This document shows positions 46,501-50,177 of a DNA stretch of 50,177 nucleotides, one piece after another. Every line of letters begins with the position of its first letter. The first letter of the stretch is position 1. The DNA is taken from IMG/VR virus record IMGVR_UViG_3300023082_000250, positions 1 to 50,177 of that record; one strand, 5' to 3'. The DNA comes from a virus. Lineage: Duplodnaviria; Caudoviricetes. The notes below the pieces were generated by a model. It made no database searches. It saw only the letters and a list, made by a program, of their open reading frames with translations, and was not told the DNA's origin. A program made the translations under genes and the position numbers.

Positions 46501-48040
46501 TCTTGAAGGTTGGTATACTAACGGAGGAACAGCAACCCCTACTGTTAAGGATGGAAAAACATGCTTATACATTGAATCATTGGCTGCGTATAACGGTATC
46601 TTCGGAGGTAACGCCGGGCAAAGTTTAATAGCCGGAGAAACCTATACAATCAGTTTTGATATCCAAGCCGCTTTTTATCAAACTTCCGAAACTTTTATTG
46701 TTGGTTATAATCAAGCGGGTTCTAAAGCCATTGCTGTACCGAATGAACCGCAATGGCGAAGGGTGAGTTTTCAAATTGTATCAGGATTCACGGGGCAGGA
46801 TAGTTTGATATTTTACGGATTTGCGAATACTCAGACATTCTACCTAACTAATTTGCAGGTTGAGAGAGGTACACTGGTCACTGACTGGAAGCCTGCTCCG
46901 GAGGATGTTTCGCAATATGCTGACCAAGTTGCTTACAATGCCCTGGTACAAGCCAATGCCACAGCCGAAAGCATCGCAACGAGCAAAGCTAATGCCGCTC
47001 AAGCTGCTGCACAATACAACGCTGCAAATGATGCTCAAGCAAAAGCGGACGCTGCTTACAATGCTTCTGTTGCCGCTTCGAATGCTTATTCAAATAATAT
47101 TGGTAGTGTTGCAGCTGCCGATGCGAGCAATAAAGCTACTGCAGCTTACAACAACGCTCAAGCCGCTGCCAATGCTCAGTACAACGCTCTGACAGGCACA
47201 TTGAAAACGTTGGCATTCAGAGATATTCAGACAGCAGGGAGTAATGGCGTCATAGTTGTTGATGGGGGAAATTTTATCGCTTTTTCAGTTGATGCTGCGT
47301 ATATCCGGGCCAACGTCATCAATGCTGGGTACATAAATACATTGTCATTAGACGCAGTTACAGGAACTATAGGTGGATGGGTTATAAACTCTGAAGGATT
47401 ATACAGTCCTCAGCCACCGTCTACACCGATTGATCAATATCAAAGCATAAAACTGAGAGCGGCAGGGAATGCAATTGTTATGGAGAGAGGTGTTTCCGGT
47501 AAAATATGGGACGTTGGATCCCAATCTTGGATAAACAGCGGAGGATATGTTATTCAATCCAGTTATATGAGCCCTAACGGCCTCGTCGTGAGGAGTAGTG
47601 GACAGAATGCAGGAGTGAACGGGGTGATATCTGCAGTTCACATTGAAGGGTCTGGGAGTGCAACTCATGGGTTGTATGTTGGTATAAGCGATACCCCGGG
47701 TAATTATGCTGCATGGCTAAACGGTAACGTGAAAATGTCAGGATCGCAAACATTAAAAGCAACAAGTGTCGGCTTGCCGTATTATGTAAATGAATTCGAC
47801 TATCAGATATTTGTGAGTGCTGGAAGTGGAGCTGTCAATCTCCCCTCGGTATCCGAGGGGCGTACTATAGAAGTTATAAACCTACTATCCGGCGCTATAA
47901 GCATATCATATGGATCATCCAATATAATTTCAAGTTTAGTAACTGCTAATGCTGTACCGGTATCTTCGTTTTCCCTACCAGGTTTTGCTTCAGTAAAAAT
48001 GATGGCTACCGGGAGCTATTGGTTCGCGGTAGGCAGATAA
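43568..48040 (+). CDS. Tail tip / baseplate hub (Tal-like) protein fused to carbohydrate-binding and fibre modules
   Basis: FQYGRGKGL, YGVGGTKNI, IYPRFEG hub motifs; two GRNY..E(K/R)GT..W.PAPED modules; Ala/Asn repeats; start moved to ATG 43568. Confidence 0.8.
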   Translation: MVGKLDIYRAGALFATVDIDESTVFTEKLPGTDFIACPIKTLRAVDFQEGDYITHKGTNYKINIIPEFGKASSTKAKSYKINFEAPFYDLIDIFIENSQGAHTFPYYANARDHAQMVIDNANLEGSGYTLGAIEDTEAVLINYDWSYARASLDDIAKATGLEWKFNGKELTMVKAIGRDTSLVFQYGRGKGLHEITRAPDNNKAIVNKVYGVGGTKNITAAYRNGTESNLVFEERFVTTPGVLARTERPKHGKYENLEIYPRFEGTVTATTLIRDEANVITGATITDTSINFDLNLHLQEGVKAKVSFRTGPLAGVEGGFEIENINYATKTVTIIVNTDANNYTLPNELNFPEVGHKFTFLDVIMPPEYVVAAELELKTASELYRDQNKAQRLNYSVVLDEKQLRDNLIQLHAGDRANMIDVDLNVDEILRFTEISYPLVNEYKVTGTIGNEITYSREVKLYADVLNNTQQMASIDRRGQEIAKRGAQNLRVLAESIFDVEGNFDSAKFNVGVLSALLGIFGIKSANFLLNRVFITANFGSDPNAVNISTGELFHLEYSNPGDQNIWQMQAVTQSGLVPGQEYYVYSKLSKSSQVGTFLITTDQIRPDDIPGFYTVRTGIIYPQINGWRDVDFTYGITTVNGRQIKTGIIQGNTGALIINLDTGEIFGKVTFRSSNGSVKDVADLQDQVDKLPIQGRNYYGRTSPFNSMGPGSTVASQTSNGFILRGVVNNDGFARVSNVITSNGDWTISFDVFVDGVAWSGTFIDVCDGAAVYLPGIPLNGTVGSPKHFEFTVNVQNYTQELYNFIDFNALSSQNYYFSNFKVEKGTKATPWTPAPEDTQADLDLAIAQASEALAEIDNISNDGILDVSEKTSLYQRYLTILAEKDILVASAAPFGVSTGDYVGNWNVVRSQLETNWLQNLAIATPVDRIYFDTVFTNYYNSKVNLQKSITDAANGKINNIQTGGRNYIKNSNFARGLEGWYTNGGTATPTVKDGKTCLYIESLAAYNGIFGGNAGQSLIAGETYTISFDIQAAFYQTSETFIVGYNQAGSKAIAVPNEPQWRRVSFQIVSGFTGQDSLIFYGFANTQTFYLTNLQVERGTLVTDWKPAPEDVSQYADQVAYNALVQANATAESIATSKANAAQAAAQYNAANDAQAKADAAYNASVAASNAYSNNIGSVAAADASNKATAAYNNAQAAANAQYNALTGTLKTLAFRDIQTAGSNGVIVVDGGNFIAFSVDAAYIRANVINAGYINTLSLDAVTGTIGGWVINSEGLYSPQPPSTPIDQYQSIKLRAAGNAIVMERGVSGKIWDVGSQSWINSGGYVIQSSYMSPNGLVVRSSGQNAGVNGVISAVHIEGSGSATHGLYVGISDTPGNYAAWLNGNVKMSGSQTLKATSVGLPYYVNEFDYQIFVSAGSGAVNLPSVSEGRTIEVINLLSGAISISYGSSNIISSLVTANAVPVSSFSLPGFASVKMMATGSYWFAVGR

Positions 48041-48053
48041 TAAATATATATAT

Positions 48054-48386
48054 ATGAGAACAGAAAAAATAAACCTAAGAGAGGTAAATGTATTCGATTT
48101 AATGGATGAGCCGGTTTTATTACCTACAACATTTGTCATGGATTTAGGGAACGGTATTTACGTCAAATACAGGGATATCGAAAGGCAAGATTTAGGCCGT
48201 AAAATATTCATGAGTGAAAAAGAACAAAAGGAACTGGTTATGGATGAGAGGGAGTTAAGTATGTTCATCTCATTGTTTGAAGAGACGGTTTTCCTTCCGG
48301 GGTTGTTGCAAAATGCAATAATGGAATACTTAAACAAAAAATTGAAAAACTTAAAAAAAGAAGAAGATGGCAACAGCAACAAGTAA
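48054..48386 (+). CDS. Hypothetical protein, possible fibre chaperone
   Basis: 110-aa ORF after the tail tip gene. Confidence 0.65.
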   Translation: MRTEKINLREVNVFDLMDEPVLLPTTFVMDLGNGIYVKYRDIERQDLGRKIFMSEKEQKELVMDERELSMFISLFEETVFLPGLLQNAIMEYLNKKLKNLKKEEDGNSNK

Positions 48387-48642
48387 AAGGATATTGGTAT
48401 CCGAATCACAGAAAACAATAGCTACCTTAGAAGTGGGTGACTGGAAATTAAACATAACTTATGAGGGGGAAGCGGGGAAGCAGGTGTCTCAAGTTACCGT
48501 AAATGGAAATAAGGGGAACGCCTTTGTCAACTTCAACAGGAGTGCTCAACAAATAAATGTAAATTTTAACGGTTCTGATTATGATACCGATTTAATTGCC
48601 GCAATTCTTATTGAGGTTTCGGATATCACAAAGCCAGTATAA
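48367..48642 (+). CDS. Hypothetical protein
   Basis: 91-aa ORF before terminator. Confidence 0.7.
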   Translation: MATATSKRILVSESQKTIATLEVGDWKLNITYEGEAGKQVSQVTVNGNKGNAFVNFNRSAQQINVNFNGSDYDTDLIAAILIEVSDITKPV

Positions 48643-48645
48643 GAT

Positions 48646-48673
48646 GGTGCCGGTAACCATTCCGGCACCTTTT
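48646..48673 (+). terminator. Terminator between convergent genes
   Basis: GGTGCCGG-N8-CCGGCACC followed by TTTT. Confidence 0.75.
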
Positions 48674-49112
48674 AGTATTCTTTTTCCAAATTGGTATTAT
48701 TTCCTCTTAGCGTAATTCTGTTGGTTTCGTAATCTTCCGGGAGTATAGTATGAGTTAAAGTATATGTATAAGCCCCTGTACGAATGAAAGTAAAGGCTAT
48801 TTTTCCATTTGAGAATAAAACAGCCTTGTCATATTCCAGGCGATAGGCAGTTCTGATCGTTTCTTTAGATCCCGGTAAAGATCCGTCTGCTTTATGATAA
48901 ATTTGATCAAAATAGAAATCATAGAAGCTACCTGTAATAGTAACTGTTCTTATGTTGCCGCTTTTGACAGCAGTAATGCTGGCCGCAGGTACTGGGGCGC
49001 TTGGATTTTCTTTCTTGATTTCTGTATCTGTTTGTGGATCTATGTCATCATTGGACTTAGAACATCCTACGGCCAATGATGCCAGGATTATGAGAGCGTA
49101 TATCTTTTTCAT
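48672..49112 (-). CDS. Lipoprotein moron, possible superinfection exclusion
   Basis: Signal peptide MKKIYALIILASLAVG-C followed by SKSNDD. Confidence 0.8.
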   Translation of the reverse strand: MKKIYALIILASLAVGCSKSNDDIDPQTDTEIKKENPSAPVPAASITAVKSGNIRTVTITGSFYDFYFDQIYHKADGSLPGSKETIRTAYRLEYDKAVLFSNGKIAFTFIRTGAYTYTLTHTILPEDYETNRITLRGNNTNLEKEY

Positions 49113-49208
49113 AGGTAGTGATTGACATAAAGGTAAATAATTTATACAGTAAAACTAATTCCTTTAAAACAATAAAAAAATAGTAACAAGTTACTACGGG
49201 TTCCCGTA

Positions 49209-49270
49209 TTTACCATTGCCCATTGGTAAAGTGTAAAACAAGATGTCCGCACATACGGGCGGTAAATTTG
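49209..49270 (+). promoter_or_regulatory. Putative late promoter 3
   Basis: TTTACCATTGCCCATTGGTAAA; TAAATTTG at 49263-49270. Confidence 0.7.
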
Positions 49271-49295
49271 TGATACACATAACAATCAGTGTATT

Positions 49296-49880
49296 ATGGC
49301 AGATTTTAAGATTGCAGATAAGATTACGGGAATAAATGAGGGAGGATATGCCAATAATCCCAGCGATAGAGGAGGGGAAACCTATGCCGGTATTGCGCGC
49401 AAGTTCTGGGGAAGCTGGCCTGGGTGGAAATACATTGATAAATATAAAGCAGATTATGCTAAAGCCAAAATGGCTGGCAAAACTAAGCTATCTCTTGCTG
49501 GATGGATTAATGCTTCTGCCAGGGTTCCATCCGAACCTGTACGAGATCTGGTAGTAGGTTTTTACAAGAAAGAATTTTGGGATGCAAACAAACTGGATCA
49601 GATCAATGATCAGCAGTTAGCAAATTCTATCTACGACTTCGGGGTGAACTCTGGAAAAGGTAGGGCTGTTCAATTCCTTGAATCCATTTTTGGAGTTATC
49701 AAAGACGGAATTATGGATCCAACGGTTATTAAACTCACAAATGCTGCCGATTCTGAAAGAACACTTACTGAATATAATGCAATGAGAAGGGCCGCTTACC
49801 TATCATGGGCAAAGGGCGATCAGGCTCAATTTTTAACCAGCTGGCTGAGACGACTTAAGCCATATCAGAATGTAGCTTAA
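49296..49880 (+). CDS. Endolysin, glycoside hydrolase family 108
   Basis: EGGYANNPSDRGGETYAGIAR, YDFGVNSG, FLTSWLRR. Confidence 0.9.
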   Translation: MADFKIADKITGINEGGYANNPSDRGGETYAGIARKFWGSWPGWKYIDKYKADYAKAKMAGKTKLSLAGWINASARVPSEPVRDLVVGFYKKEFWDANKLDQINDQQLANSIYDFGVNSGKGRAVQFLESIFGVIKDGIMDPTVIKLTNAADSERTLTEYNAMRRAAYLSWAKGDQAQFLTSWLRRLKPYQNVA

Positions 49881-49883
49881 GGT

Positions 49884-50177
49884 ATGGATATTAAAATACC
49901 GACCGCGGAAAAGATGCAGAAGTACCCATGGGGGGTAACAGTGGTTTCACTGTTCGCCGTCGTGGTATTGCTGCTATACACAGTTTTGAAGAAGAATGAC
50001 TGTGAGGAATGTGAAAGGCGTTATGAGGCGGAGCGTACCAAGAATGATGTGCTCACCACCGCTTTGTTAATCAAAAATGGAATTATCCTGCAGCAGGAAG
50101 TTAAGGCCAATAAGAAGGACAGCACCATCAATGAGAAATTAAATAAATCAAAGGATATAGTAGTTAAAGATAAATAA
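49884..50177 (+). CDS. Single-TM lysis-cassette protein (holin- or spanin-like)
   Basis: N-terminal TM helix then coiled coil; follows endolysin. Confidence 0.5.
   Translation: MDIKIPTAEKMQKYPWGVTVVSLFAVVVLLLYTVLKKNDCEECERRYEAERTKNDVLTTALLIKNGIILQQEVKANKKDSTINEKLNKSKDIVVKDK

Noticed and set aside
46920-47190. Non-coding repeat array in the GCT/AAT-rich stretch
   Set aside because: Explained by Ala/Asn coiled-coil repeats within the tail-tip protein
39697-48040. Diversity-generating retroelement or invertible tail-fibre switch
   Set aside because: No reverse transcriptase or recombinase, and no template/variable repeat pair or flanking inverted repeats noticed
3074-48418. Many 60-180-aa ORFs antisense to or nested within major genes in the ORF track
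   Set aside because: Fully overlap well-supported genes, lack recognisable motifs, and look like shadow ORFs
1-50177. Stop-codon reassignment (alternative genetic code)
   Set aside because: Long structural genes are intact under the standard code, and TAG, TGA and TAA all terminate genes

Overview
About 50 kb of a temperate-type siphophage genome or prophage, almost all on the + strand. TAnnTTTG promoter elements, A-rich leaders without Shine-Dalgarno sites and a Bacteroidetes-style lipoprotein suggest a Bacteroidota host (inference). No integrase, repressor switch or att site is visible; the window starts inside a gene and ends in the lysis cassette. Gene order: small early genes; a DNA-modification block (SNF2 helicase, helicase-amino-methyltransferase fusion, C5 methyltransferase, PAPS-reductase-like protein); a replication initiator with internal iterons; nin-like small genes; an Xre moron; a putative late regulator; a non-coding tRNA-like/structured-RNA island; terminase, portal, head and tail genes including two putative polysaccharide-active spikes; a reverse-strand lipoprotein; GH108 endolysin. 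The most unusual signals are non-coding: (1) a 138-nt tRNA-shaped RNA whose anticodon loop is replaced by a ~60-nt domain, followed by ~250 nt more structured RNA; (2) two promoter-proximal leaders with the same kissing-loop architecture but different sequence; (3) a five-copy tandem TATGCATA operator; (4) three TTTACC-N10-GGTAAA sites at identical spacing from a -7 box before the capsid, tail-tip and lysis genes; (5) a ~70-nt promoter-to-terminator sRNA candidate; (6) a -1 frameshift tail chaperone extension with a CxxC-CxxC motif. All product calls come from motif recognition and synteny, not database searches.
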